In this document: piece after piece, positions 38,715-47,713 of the stretch
Layout of the letters: each line of letters opens with the position of its first letter
How positions within the stretch are numbered: the stretch's first letter is position 1
Origin: Spirochaetia bacterium
GTDB taxonomy: Bacteria; Spirochaetota; Spirochaetia; SZUA-6; Bin103
Direction: 5' to 3'
Assembly (NCBI GenBank): GCA_965203905.1
Contig: CBDBDQ010000005.1
Location: 7,232,001-7,296,000 of the forward strand
DNA: 64,000 bases
Program-made: the position numbers and the translations under genes
Notes under the pieces: model-generated
Database searches by the model: none
What the model saw: only the letters and a program-made list of their open reading frames with translations
What the model was told of the DNA's origin: nothing

Positions 38715-38861
38715 TCGGCGCTCGGCAGGGTGCGGATTGGGCGGTTGGGTGTCGGTCCGATGGCAGCGGGAGCAACGGTTTGCCGGCTTGTCGCGCAGCG
38801 TGGGATAGTCCTGAGGCGGAGCCGGCCGCTACACTGCTGCGATGGATGCGGGTCAGGCGGA

Positions 38862-39130
38862 ACGCATCGCCTGTGGCACCGGCAGCCGGCCGCGCGCTGG
38901 CTGGAGGCGCTGCGGGTAGGAAACGAACGGCTCGAGGCCATGGTATTGCACCTGCTGCCCGCCCTGCCGGCGGCGTGGCCCGATGGTGCCATGACCGGGC
39001 TGCGCGCGCGGGGCGGACTGCCGGCGGACCTGAAGTGGCGCGGCGGGCGACTGGTCGAGGCCGTTGCCGATGACCACGGCGCGATCCGCTTTCCGACCGC
39101 CGCGGGCGAGTCCTACCTGGTGCGCGCGCT
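38862..39130 (+). pseudogene. GH95 alpha-L-fucosidase-like relic, N- and C-termini joined
   Basis: LWHRQPAARWLEALRVGNERLEAMV (GH95 start motif) directly followed by LHLLPALPAAWPDGAMTGLRARGG..W..G (GH95 end motif). Confidence 0.8.
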
Positions 39131-39191
39131 GGGTGCTGCGGCAGCGCAAGCTTCACACCGATGGACAAGACCGCCATCATACACACGGGCG

Positions 39192-39389
39192 ATGGATATG
39201 CAGCCGACGTCACTGAAAGCAAAGATGGCTGACCTCATTCGCGATCTTCCTGACGACGGGAATATCGAGGATGCGATGGAGCGGTTACTGCTGCTCTACA
39301 AGATCGAAAAGGGCATTCAGCAGGCCGATCAGGGCAGAACCGTATCTCATGACGAAGCGAAAGATCGATTACGCAAGTGGCTCGACTGA
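39192..39389 (+). CDS. Putative antitoxin of a ParE/RelE module
   Basis: IRDLPDD..IEDAMERLLLLYKIEKGIQQADQGRTVSHDEAK; overlaps a ParE-like ORF. Confidence 0.75.
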   Translation: MDMQPTSLKAKMADLIRDLPDDGNIEDAMERLLLLYKIEKGIQQADQGRTVSHDEAKDRLRKWLD

Positions 39390-39529
39390 GGTGGACCGTA
39401 CAAGCCCTCGAAGACCTGGAGTCGATCTGTATCCACACCATCTATCGCAATAGCGGCGAGTCAGTACAGATCCTGACCGTGCATCACAGCGCTCGATTGC
39501 TCGACAGCTCCCGGTTCGAAGCGGGATGA
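39377..39529 (+). pseudogene. ParE/RelE toxin with in-frame internal deletion (50 aa)
   Basis: Manual translation MARLRWTVQALEDLESICIH-TIYRNSGESVQILTVHHSARLLDSSRFEAG*: both termini present, core missing. Confidence 0.75.
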
Positions 39530-41067
39530 GCCTGCTCACGCTCGACTGCCGGCGCCGCCGTGCCGACGGCCGCGTGGACATTGCGCCTATCCAGGTGCCG
39601 GCGGCGCGCATCGGGGTGGTGGTGATCGACATGTGGAACGGGTACCCGTGCTGCACCGGACGCGGGCTGTTTGCCGCGCTAGTGCCGCGTATGAACCGCG
39701 CCCTCGCCGGGATGCGAGCCGCGGGAGCCACGGTGATCCACGCCCCGAGCGACGTGAGCGACCAGTACGTGGGCTGGCCGCAGGCGGAGCGGGTGGCGGC
39801 CCTGCCGCGCTACGAGCTGCCGCGGGTGCGTGACATTCCGGTGCCGCGCTTTCCGTTCGCGGGACAGACCTGCCTGTGCGGGCCCGGCATCGCCTGTCCC
39901 TACATGCACCATTGGCATGCGGTTCATCCCGACCTCGCGATCGAGGAGCAGGACTTCCTGTTGGTGGGACCGGTCTACGGTGCCGCCGGCACCCAGCGGC
40001 TGCACGCCCTGTGTCGGGACCGGGGACTGACCCACCTGCTCTACCTGGGCATCGCCACCAACAACTGCGTGGTGAGCAAGGCGGCGGGGATGCTGTACCT
40101 GGCGCGTGCGGGCCTGGAGGTGATCCTGGCACGCGACCTGACCGCGGCCTACGACCGCTACGACCCGGCCAGCGGCTACACCAACGACGCCGCCACGGCG
40201 CGGGCGGTGGCGGCCATCGAGGAGCAGTTCTGTGCCACGGTCGATCTCGGCGCAGAGCTGGCAAAGGCCGGACTCTGGCCGAATGCGCCTCCGGTCGATA
40301 TGGTCCACATCATGCCCTGGGGCCAGCGCGATCAGCCCTACCTGTTCGAGGACCGGTTCACCGCCACCCTTACCTTCCCCACCGGCCCTCCCGGCGGGCC
40401 GCAGCGCGGCACCTCCATCCACTACACCCTCGACGGCAGCGCTCCCTCCCCGGCCGCACCGCGCTACGCCGGGCCGCTGACCATAGGCGCTTCCGGGGTG
40501 CTGCGCGCCCAGCCGTTCGCCGCCGGCCGCGCCCGAGGCGCGGAGAGCGTCAGCCACTACTTCCGCCTCGCGCCGCTCCCACCGCTGCCCGAGGTGCACC
40601 TCACCGACCTGCGCCCGTTGCGCGCCACCTCGCCGCGGCTGCTGGACGGCCATACCTACGACGCGGTGGCCCCGGAGGTCGGCTTCGACACGGCTGCCGG
40701 CGGCGGCGCGTTGCGCATCGGCGGCCGCATGCGTGAACACGGCATCAGCGTGCATACGCCCGCGCACGTGGTGTACGCCCTGCAGCCGCACTGGCGCCGC
40801 TTCGTGGCGCTGGTGGGGCTGGACGACTCCCTGCTCGACCAGGACCACGGCATGCTGCGGGCGAGCCGCGTCGCGGTGTGCTTCCGGGTGTTCGTGGACG
40901 GCGCGCAGGTCGCGGCCAGCCCGACGCTGCGCGCGGCGCAGGTGTGGCGCTTCGACCTGCCGCTCGCGCCCGGCAGCGGGGTGATCAGCCTGGCAGCGAT
41001 GAACCTGGTGCAAAGCGGCCACGGCGGCGCGGCTGACTGGGTCGCGGCCGGGTTCCTGGACGCGTGA
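39526..41067 (+). CDS. Isochorismatase-like cysteine hydrolase + FN3-associated + NPCBM/NEW2 domain protein
   Basis: VVVIDMW, GIATNNCV; IHYTLDGSAP; GISVHTPA..F.ALVGLDD..V.FRVFVDG..ADWVAAGF. Confidence 0.75.
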   Translation: MSLLTLDCRRRRADGRVDIAPIQVPAARIGVVVIDMWNGYPCCTGRGLFAALVPRMNRALAGMRAAGATVIHAPSDVSDQYVGWPQAERVAALPRYELPRVRDIPVPRFPFAGQTCLCGPGIACPYMHHWHAVHPDLAIEEQDFLLVGPVYGAAGTQRLHALCRDRGLTHLLYLGIATNNCVVSKAAGMLYLARAGLEVILARDLTAAYDRYDPASGYTNDAATARAVAAIEEQFCATVDLGAELAKAGLWPNAPPVDMVHIMPWGQRDQPYLFEDRFTATLTFPTGPPGGPQRGTSIHYTLDGSAPSPAAPRYAGPLTIGASGVLRAQPFAAGRARGAESVSHYFRLAPLPPLPEVHLTDLRPLRATSPRLLDGHTYDAVAPEVGFDTAAGGGALRIGGRMREHGISVHTPAHVVYALQPHWRRFVALVGLDDSLLDQDHGMLRASRVAVCFRVFVDGAQVAASPTLRAAQVWRFDLPLAPGSGVISLAAMNLVQSGHGGAADWVAAGFLDA

Positions 41068-44000
41068 GTCTTCCTCTGGCTGCCAAAGCGACGTTCCGGC
41101 ATGGCCCGCAGCGTCCGCGCCGGGTGCCGCTCCTGCCGGGGCTCGACGTCGGGCGCAGCTACTACGACTACCACAGCTACCGCGGTACCCCGAAACGCTA
41201 CCGCGCCGACGGCCCCGACAGCATCGCCATCAGTGACGGCCCCGACCTGTTCAACCAGGTGTTGATGGGCGACGGCGCCTGGTACCTGCACGCGGGAGAC
41301 CGCCCGGCGCTGCGCCTGGCGCACCGCCCTTACTGGCCCAACTCCTACATCAAGCCCGACCTGATACCGGGACTGGGTATTTCCGGCGACCTGTACTTCG
41401 CTGCCCTGAGCGACGGCGAAGAGGTCCCGCTGCACCTCCGGACGCGGGTGGAGGCGCGCTTCAGCCCGGGCCAGGCGGAGTGGGTATGCACCGTCCCGCG
41501 CTCGCACGAGCCGGGCCCGCCCGCCCCGGTGGCGCAGGATACCCACGTCCGGACGACCGCCGCCGAATCGCGCGACGCTGCGCACGCGCCGGGCGGCGCC
41601 GGTGCAGCGCGCCGACCGCGGAACGCGGCAGCGACGACCGCCTCCGGCGCCACGGCCCGCGGCCACCTGCGGTTGCGGGCGCGTCCGCTGGTCTCCACCA
41701 ACGGCTGCGTGCTGCTGCTGGAGGGGAACACCGCCCTGGCGGTCCGGCTCGACCTGGCCGCCGGTGCCGACAGCGCCCGGAAACGGGTACGCACCCCGCC
41801 GGCGCCACGGCGCGGCGACGGTTACCTGGTCCTGGACCATCCCTGGTTCCCCTACACGCAGGTTGCCGTCGGCACTACAGCCGGCGCCGCGACCGCGATC
41901 GAGGTACTCGGCGATACCTGCGCCGTGCTGACGCTGCGTCCCGGCGACGGCTTGCTGTTGGTCTGGGGCTACACCGACCACGACCGCGAGGGGGTGGCCG
42001 CGGCGTACCGCCGGCTGCAGGAGCGCCCGTTCGCGGCGCCCGACTGGGCGGCGCGGATGCGCGAGCGCTGGTTCGAGCACTGGGTGGGGCGCTGCCTCCA
42101 TCCGGAGCGGCGCTTCCGGCAGCTCATGGAGCGGTTTCCGGAGGCCGCCGCCGAGGCGGTCGAGTTCTGGCACCCACGCCGGCGCCTGCACATCGAGACC
42201 CCGGAGCCGGAGCTCGACGCCGTGGTCAACCGGGCCGCGGTGGAGCACCGCTACCAGTTCGAGTACCCGGCGTTCATTCACGGCATCCTGGGCTGGAACA
42301 AGTACGGCAAGATCAACTTCGGCTACTACGCCGCGGACGATGCCGGCATGCACGACGAGGTGTCCGACTCGCTGCACTTCATCTCCGGCAGCCAGGACCC
42401 GGGCGGGCGCCAGCGCTACCTGTCGGCCGCGTTCCACAGCATCAGTTGGGCCGAGGAGGTGGACTTCTACTTCGTCGAGCAGGTGTGGCACCACTACCGC
42501 TGGACCGCCGACCGCGGCTTCCTGGAGGCGCTGTACCCCGCCGCGCGGCGCTCGCTGGAGCATGCGCTGGGGGCGAGCGACCCGGACGCCACGGGGATCA
42601 TGACCGGCTACTACGAGTTCTGGCAGAACGACGCCCACTCCCGCGGCGGCAAGTGCGTGGTCCACGGCGCCCTGGCCTGGGGCGCGCTCAGCGCCGCCGC
42701 CGCCATGGCCCGGGTTCTCCAGCGTGAGGAGGATGCCCTCCGCTACCGCGACTACGCGGCGCTGGTGCGGCGGCGGCTGGAACGCGAGCTGTGGCACGAA
42801 CCGTACGGCGCCTTCGGCTCGGCGGAGTGGAACGGCGACGTGCGGCCGCGGCCGGAGACGCAGGAGCAGTTTCTGCCCTCGCTGCGCAGCCTGGGGTCGC
42901 CGCGGTGGCGGCGGCGCGCGGCACGCTACCTGCGCGACCAGTTCTTCCTGCGCCCCGCCGCCGGGGTCACGCTGGAGCTGATCAATGACTGGTGGCCGAT
43001 CTTCTGGAGCCATCACTACGTGGCCAACGGCGACGCCCTGCTGAGCGTGCTCGCGGCGGCGCGCAGCGGCGACATCGACGGCTACTGGCCGCTGGTGCGC
43101 TGCATCGTCGAGGGCGCCCTGACCAGCAGCGACGGCAGCCTGCGCTCGACCCAGGACAACTCCGGGCGCGGCACCGGCCTGCGCCACACCGCCGAGGTGC
43201 AGGCGCCCCTGCTGCAGATGGTGGCGGAGGGGCTGTTCGGCATCCACCCCGACACGCACGAAAACCACCTGCTGGTACGGCTCGGCTTGCCCCGCCACTG
43301 GCAGCATGCGCGGCTGCAGCGCCCCGGCCTGACCCTCAGCTACCGGCGTGAGGACTCCCCGGAGCCCACCGTCATCCTGGAGGCGACCTGCGACCCACCG
43401 CGGCGGCTCACCGCCGAGCTGCCGGTGCGCGCCGAGGTGCGCGCCGTGAGCGTGAACGGCGCCCCCGTCCCGCCGCGCTTCGCGGCGGACGTGGGTGCCG
43501 CGCGCCTGGTGCTGGACAGCGGCACAGCCGGCGGCAGCCGGCGCCACACGTTCGTGGTGAAACTGGGTCCCGAGGTGGAGATCAGTGCCCCCGAGCGCCT
43601 CGTGGTGGGGGACACCGCAGCCTGCCGGATCAGCGGCGCCCGCGTGCTGGGTTGGGAGGAGCGCAGCGGTCGCGTCGCCGCCGCTGGCGAGGCGCAGCCG
43701 ACCGGCCTCACGCTGCGCGCGGCGGCGGCGGGACGCAGCACCGGCTTCCTGCGCCTGCGCACCGGACAGGCCGCATGGGACGAGCCCGTCGATCTGGAAG
43801 TGGTGCCGCCCTGGGAGCTGGTGGAGCGGCTGTCCCCGGCGCTGGTGAACGATCGTGCGGAAGTGGTCAGCCCGCGACTGGACCTGTCCTCCCGCGCGCT
43901 GCTGCTGGAGTTGCGCAACAACAGCTCGCTCCTGCTGAGCGGTGCCGCCCACGCTCTCGGCTGCAGCGCCACGGTGTCGCTGGAGCCGCGCGCCACCCGC

Positions 44001-44966
44001 GAGGTGCGCCTCGACCTGAGCCCGGCCTGGAGCAGGCTCTCACCGGGCACGCTGCCGGTGACGGTCACCCTCGGCGGCTCCTCCGCAACGGGAGAAGCGG
44101 TAAGCTGGCTGCTGGCCCCGCCGCCGCAACGCTGGAACGGATCGGAGCGGGTCGTACCGGTCGACCTGTCGGCCGCCTACAACGCCGACGCCGGCCACCT
44201 CTACGGCCCCGGCTTCCGCTGGCGGCTGGACTACACCGGCTGTGGCGTCGGGGTGGACCGGCGCCGGCCGCCGCCCGCCCGTGACGCCCGCGGCTACGTC
44301 TTGCACCACTCGCCCATGGGCCAGCTCGCCTGGGGCTGCCTGCCCGAGCACACCTACGGCCTGGAACGGGAGATCCTGCCGGAGTTCGACCTGCAGTGGG
44401 AGTTTCCGCCGCTGCCGCCCGACTACGAGCCGCTGCCGGGCCTGCGATTCCGCACCGGAGGACGCCGGCTGCTGGCCCTGGCCGCCACCGAGCCCTACGC
44501 CCAGTTGCCGAGCAGCGTACGGCTCGACCTCGCCGCCGGCGGCACCGCCCGGGCCCTGGAAAAGCTCTACCTGCTCACCGCCAACCTCACCAAGACGGTC
44601 AAGAGCTACTACCCCGCCGGCGAAATCATCATCCACTATGACAGCGGCGATTCGCAGCACCTGTCCCTGGTGCCGCCGCACACGATCAGCTGCATGGCGC
44701 AGCCATTCTGCCCGCGCGCCTGGCACGTTCCCTACGGGCGCTTCGAGGGCGCACTATCCAGCTACGGCGCTGTCGAGGACGAAAAGATCCCCAACCTCGC
44801 GGTGCAGGACCTGGTGACGGACCCGACCCGCGGAGTGACGGCCCTGGAGTTGCGCTGCGTCGCCAGCGAGACCCTGCTCGGCCTGCTGGCGCTCAGCATG
44901 CTGCCGGCAATCGACGCCGGCGACGGTCAGGTAATGAGCGCCAGCTCCGCCAGCGCCGCCTCCTGA
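41064..44966 (+). CDS. Large DUF4450-like / six-hairpin glycosidase-like protein
   Basis: RYRADG..FNQVL..AGDRP N-terminus; IETPEPELD, WHHYRWTADRGFLEALYP, EGLFGI.PD. Confidence 0.65.
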   Translation: MSLPLAAKATFRHGPQRPRRVPLLPGLDVGRSYYDYHSYRGTPKRYRADGPDSIAISDGPDLFNQVLMGDGAWYLHAGDRPALRLAHRPYWPNSYIKPDLIPGLGISGDLYFAALSDGEEVPLHLRTRVEARFSPGQAEWVCTVPRSHEPGPPAPVAQDTHVRTTAAESRDAAHAPGGAGAARRPRNAAATTASGATARGHLRLRARPLVSTNGCVLLLEGNTALAVRLDLAAGADSARKRVRTPPAPRRGDGYLVLDHPWFPYTQVAVGTTAGAATAIEVLGDTCAVLTLRPGDGLLLVWGYTDHDREGVAAAYRRLQERPFAAPDWAARMRERWFEHWVGRCLHPERRFRQLMERFPEAAAEAVEFWHPRRRLHIETPEPELDAVVNRAAVEHRYQFEYPAFIHGILGWNKYGKINFGYYAADDAGMHDEVSDSLHFISGSQDPGGRQRYLSAAFHSISWAEEVDFYFVEQVWHHYRWTADRGFLEALYPAARRSLEHALGASDPDATGIMTGYYEFWQNDAHSRGGKCVVHGALAWGALSAAAAMARVLQREEDALRYRDYAALVRRRLERELWHEPYGAFGSAEWNGDVRPRPETQEQFLPSLRSLGSPRWRRRAARYLRDQFFLRPAAGVTLELINDWWPIFWSHHYVANGDALLSVLAAARSGDIDGYWPLVRCIVEGALTSSDGSLRSTQDNSGRGTGLRHTAEVQAPLLQMVAEGLFGIHPDTHENHLLVRLGLPRHWQHARLQRPGLTLSYRREDSPEPTVILEATCDPPRRLTAELPVRAEVRAVSVNGAPVPPRFAADVGAARLVLDSGTAGGSRRHTFVVKLGPEVEISAPERLVVGDTAACRISGARVLGWEERSGRVAAAGEAQPTGLTLRAAAAGRSTGFLRLRTGQAAWDEPVDLEVVPPWELVERLSPALVNDRAEVVSPRLDLSSRALLLELRNNSSLLLSGAAHALGCSATVSLEPRATREVRLDLSPAWSRLSPGTLPVTVTLGGSSATGEAVSWLLAPPPQRWNGSERVVPVDLSAAYNADAGHLYGPGFRWRLDYTGCGVGVDRRRPPPARDARGYVLHHSPMGQLAWGCLPEHTYGLEREILPEFDLQWEFPPLPPDYEPLPGLRFRTGGRRLLALAATEPYAQLPSSVRLDLAAGGTARALEKLYLLTANLTKTVKSYYPAGEIIIHYDSGDSQHLSLVPPHTISCMAQPFCPRAWHVPYGRFEGALSSYGAVEDEKIPNLAVQDLVTDPTRGVTALELRCVASETLLGLLALSMLPAIDAGDGQVMSASSASAAS

Positions 44967-45976
44967 TCGGCCCGCTTGGCGAGCGTGGTGCGCACCAGGT
45001 CGCGGGTCAGTCCCTGCTGATCCGTTGCGGTCAGGCGCTGCGCCTTCTCCACCCAGTCCTCACGGATTCCATCCACTCCATGCAGGGCACCCGCCAGCGC
45101 ACCGCACATCGAGGCGATGGTGTCCGCATCGCGGCCGAAGTTGGCGCCGTAGGTCACGCAGCGCTCGACGTCGCCGCCGGCCAGCTCGAACAGGGCCAGG
45201 GTGATCGGCACCGTTTCGCGCGAATCGCAGCCGATGCGCCGGAACAGCGTGGCGGCGTCGGCATAGGCGCGGTCGCGGAACTCCTCGTAGTTGCCGGCCG
45301 CCCGCGCCAGCTCCAGGAAGCGGTCGATCATGTCCAGCATCTCGGCACCGCTGGTGGCGATGATGTTGGCCTGCGCCGCCTCCACCACCGACTCCACCGT
45401 GGCGCTCACACGGAACGCCTCCGCCACGCCCGCCGCCATGGCCACCGCGCCGTCCTGGCAGAAGCCGACGTCGTGGCCGTGGATCAGGGCCGCCAGGTTG
45501 TACCCCTGCAGCGCGGCGCCGCGCGGGTTGCCGGCGTTGACGATGCCCACCGGCGAGAAGCACATCGCGGTGCTGGAGCTGGGCATGTTGCCCAGAGCCG
45601 CCATGCGCGGCACCGAGTGGCGGCGCAGCTTGTGCGCGGTGTGCGTCACCGACGGAAAGAACTTGTTGAGCTTGGCGCCGAAGATGTCGTCCCAGCGGTC
45701 CAGCCACACCGCCGCCCAGTCGTCGATGGTGGCGTGGCCGTTGGTGCGGATCAGCGCATCCGCCAGCAGGTGCTTCATCACCGTGTCGTCGGTGCCGTCG
45801 GCATCGAAGTCGTCGATCCAGCCCGAGGCCTTCAGCACCTCGAACGACTTGCCCTCCGCTGGTGTCCCGATCGCATCACCGATGAGCCCCCCGAGCAGGC
45901 AGCCCAGGGTCTTCCGATACAGGGTAGTAGTGGTAGTAGCCGCGGCTACCGTCGCGGGCGCGGTTGCAGTTGCCAT
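44927..45976 (-). CDS. ADP-ribosylglycohydrolase family protein
   Basis: GLIGDAIG, GTDDT, NFGRDADTIASMCGALAGA. Confidence 0.9.
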   Translation of the reverse strand: MATATAPATVAAATTTTTLYRKTLGCLLGGLIGDAIGTPAEGKSFEVLKASGWIDDFDADGTDDTVMKHLLADALIRTNGHATIDDWAAVWLDRWDDIFGAKLNKFFPSVTHTAHKLRRHSVPRMAALGNMPSSSTAMCFSPVGIVNAGNPRGAALQGYNLAALIHGHDVGFCQDGAVAMAAGVAEAFRVSATVESVVEAAQANIIATSGAEMLDMIDRFLELARAAGNYEEFRDRAYADAATLFRRIGCDSRETVPITLALFELAGGDVERCVTYGANFGRDADTIASMCGALAGALHGVDGIREDWVEKAQRLTATDQQGLTRDLVRTTLAKRADQEAALAELALIT

Positions 45977-46026
45977 TCACGTCCTCCTTTGCAGCGCGTC
46001 CGAATTATCCCCGGCCGCCGCGTCCG

Positions 46027-46812
46027 TTACAACTCGACGGCGCGCAGTACCTCCGACCAGTGCTGCCACATGTCCGCGCACGGCGGCTCGTCCTGGTACG
46101 CCTCCAGGCCGCGCTTGCAGTAGTCGTACAGCACCGCCTGGCGAATCCGCGACGAGTAGTTGTGCCCCGCCATGTGCCCCAGCCGATGATGCCAGAACAC
46201 GATGTCGCCGGCCTTGCCGTGGCAGTCCACCGGCGGTGCCCAGTTGACCCGTTCCTGGGCCGCTTCGTGAGCCTCGGTGGGATCGCGCTGATAGCCGGTC
46301 TGGAAGGTGTGGTAGAACAGCCGGTGGCTCCCCGGCCACACGCTGAAGGCGCCGCCGCCGGGGGCGACGTCGTCGATGTAACCCACCACTCCCAAGTGGA
46401 ACGGGTGGGCGTCGCAGTGGCAACCGATCGGCGGGCGCGGCCGGTCGCCGAACGGCAGGGTGCAGTAGATACCGCGGATCCGTTCCGGCGCCTGCAGCTC
46501 GCCGGCACCCAGCATCTGCTCCGCCATGGCGAAGATCGCCGGGTCGGTCGCCAGCATGCGCACGATCCACGGCTCCGCCCCGATGCGGCGGTAGTTCCAG
46601 CGGTACTCGCTGCGCTTGTTGGCGGAATCGGTGGAGTGGTCCGACTCCGGCAGCGGTCCGACCCAGGTGTCCGGGTCATCCCTCTTCAGCGAGGGCGGCG
46701 GCTCGTCCCACAGCCGTTCCCGCGCCTGCGCCATCAGCTTCGGGTCCATTACCTGGCGCTTGATCAGGTAGCCGCAGCGCTTGAAGAAGCGCAACTCTTC
46801 CGTGGTCAGCAT
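46027..46812 (-). CDS. PhyH-family dioxygenase
   Basis: FFKRCGYL, HCD, WPGSH, GDIVFWHHRLGH..N. Confidence 0.85.
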   Translation of the reverse strand: MLTTEELRFFKRCGYLIKRQVMDPKLMAQARERLWDEPPPSLKRDDPDTWVGPLPESDHSTDSANKRSEYRWNYRRIGAEPWIVRMLATDPAIFAMAEQMLGAGELQAPERIRGIYCTLPFGDRPRPPIGCHCDAHPFHLGVVGYIDDVAPGGGAFSVWPGSHRLFYHTFQTGYQRDPTEAHEAAQERVNWAPPVDCHGKAGDIVFWHHRLGHMAGHNYSSRIRQAVLYDYCKRGLEAYQDEPPCADMWQHWSEVLRAVEL

Positions 46813-46864
46813 CGTCTCGCCGGCCAGGGTAGTAGCTCGGCCGCGCCTCTGCAACGCACGCTGC

Positions 46865-46897
46865 GGGCGCGGCAGGCGCGGCAGGCGCGGCAGGCGC
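46865..46897. repeat. Short tandem repeat (GCAGGCGCG)x3
   Basis: Directly visible in the intergenic region between divergent genes. Confidence 0.7.
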
Positions 46898-46984
46898 GTG
46901 ATCGGTTGCCGAGGCTCGCCTTTCGGTGGTGCAACCCGATATCTTAGAGGCCCCCACGAACGACCCGCCTCAAAGGAGCATCAC

Positions 46985-47644
46985 ATGAGTCGCACCCGGC
47001 GCCGCATCCGTCGTTTCAGAGTCGTCACGCTGCTGGTGGCAGCCTGCACCATCGCGGTCGCCACTTCCGGATTCGCTCAGACCGCAACCACCCCTCCGGG
47101 GCAACCTGCCGCGACCGGCCTGGTCGGTCTCAACCTGATCGGACCGATATTCGGCTTCTACAGCGGGTCTCTGGAACTGTCCCTCGACGACAAGTGGAGC
47201 GTGTTCGTGGTCCCCACCTACTTCAACGTGAAGGCGAGTCTGATCGGTGCGCTGTTCGAAAGCGCCGGTGTCGACCGGGACGACTATGACCTCTGGAGCC
47301 TGTCAGGCATGATCGGAGTGAACCACTTCCTGACCGACCCGGCACCCACCGGACTGTTCGTCGGCGCATGGGTGGATCCCGGTTACCTCCACGGAAGGTT
47401 CGAAGACTCCGCGGTTGCCGGCATGGACCCCGTCACCGTGGACTCGATCGTGATCGGCGCGGGCGCACACGTCGGCTACCGGGTGCTCCTGGGACCGCTG
47501 GCCATTACCCCGCGCGTCGGGGCGGCGTACCACCACGTGTTCACCGAGGCGGAAGGCGTGAGCGAGGATCTGAAATCGACCGTCAGCGCCGCCTTCAGCC
47601 GTTTCTCGATCCCGTGGGGAGTAGACCTGACTATCGCCTTCTAA
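46985..47644 (+). CDS. Exported outer-membrane beta-barrel-like protein
   Basis: Signal peptide, alternating beta strands, C-terminal Phe (GVDLTIAF); AAGGAG RBS. Confidence 0.65.
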   Translation: MSRTRRRIRRFRVVTLLVAACTIAVATSGFAQTATTPPGQPAATGLVGLNLIGPIFGFYSGSLELSLDDKWSVFVVPTYFNVKASLIGALFESAGVDRDDYDLWSLSGMIGVNHFLTDPAPTGLFVGAWVDPGYLHGRFEDSAVAGMDPVTVDSIVIGAGAHVGYRVLLGPLAITPRVGAAYHHVFTEAEGVSEDLKSTVSAAFSRFSIPWGVDLTIAF

Positions 47645-47663
47645 CCTGACGCCCAATCCCGGC

Positions 47664-47688
47664 CTGGCAGCCGACTGCCGGCTGCCAG
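47664..47688. terminator. Hairpin between convergent genes
   Basis: CTGGCAGCCG-loop-CGGCTGCCAG. Confidence 0.55.
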
Positions 47689-47713
47689 ACCAAGATCTGC
47701 GCGGCTCCCTGCC

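Noticed and set aside
38730-39389. 219-aa ORF as a real single protein
   Set aside because: Composite of non-coding leader, GH95 relic and antitoxin; annotated separately
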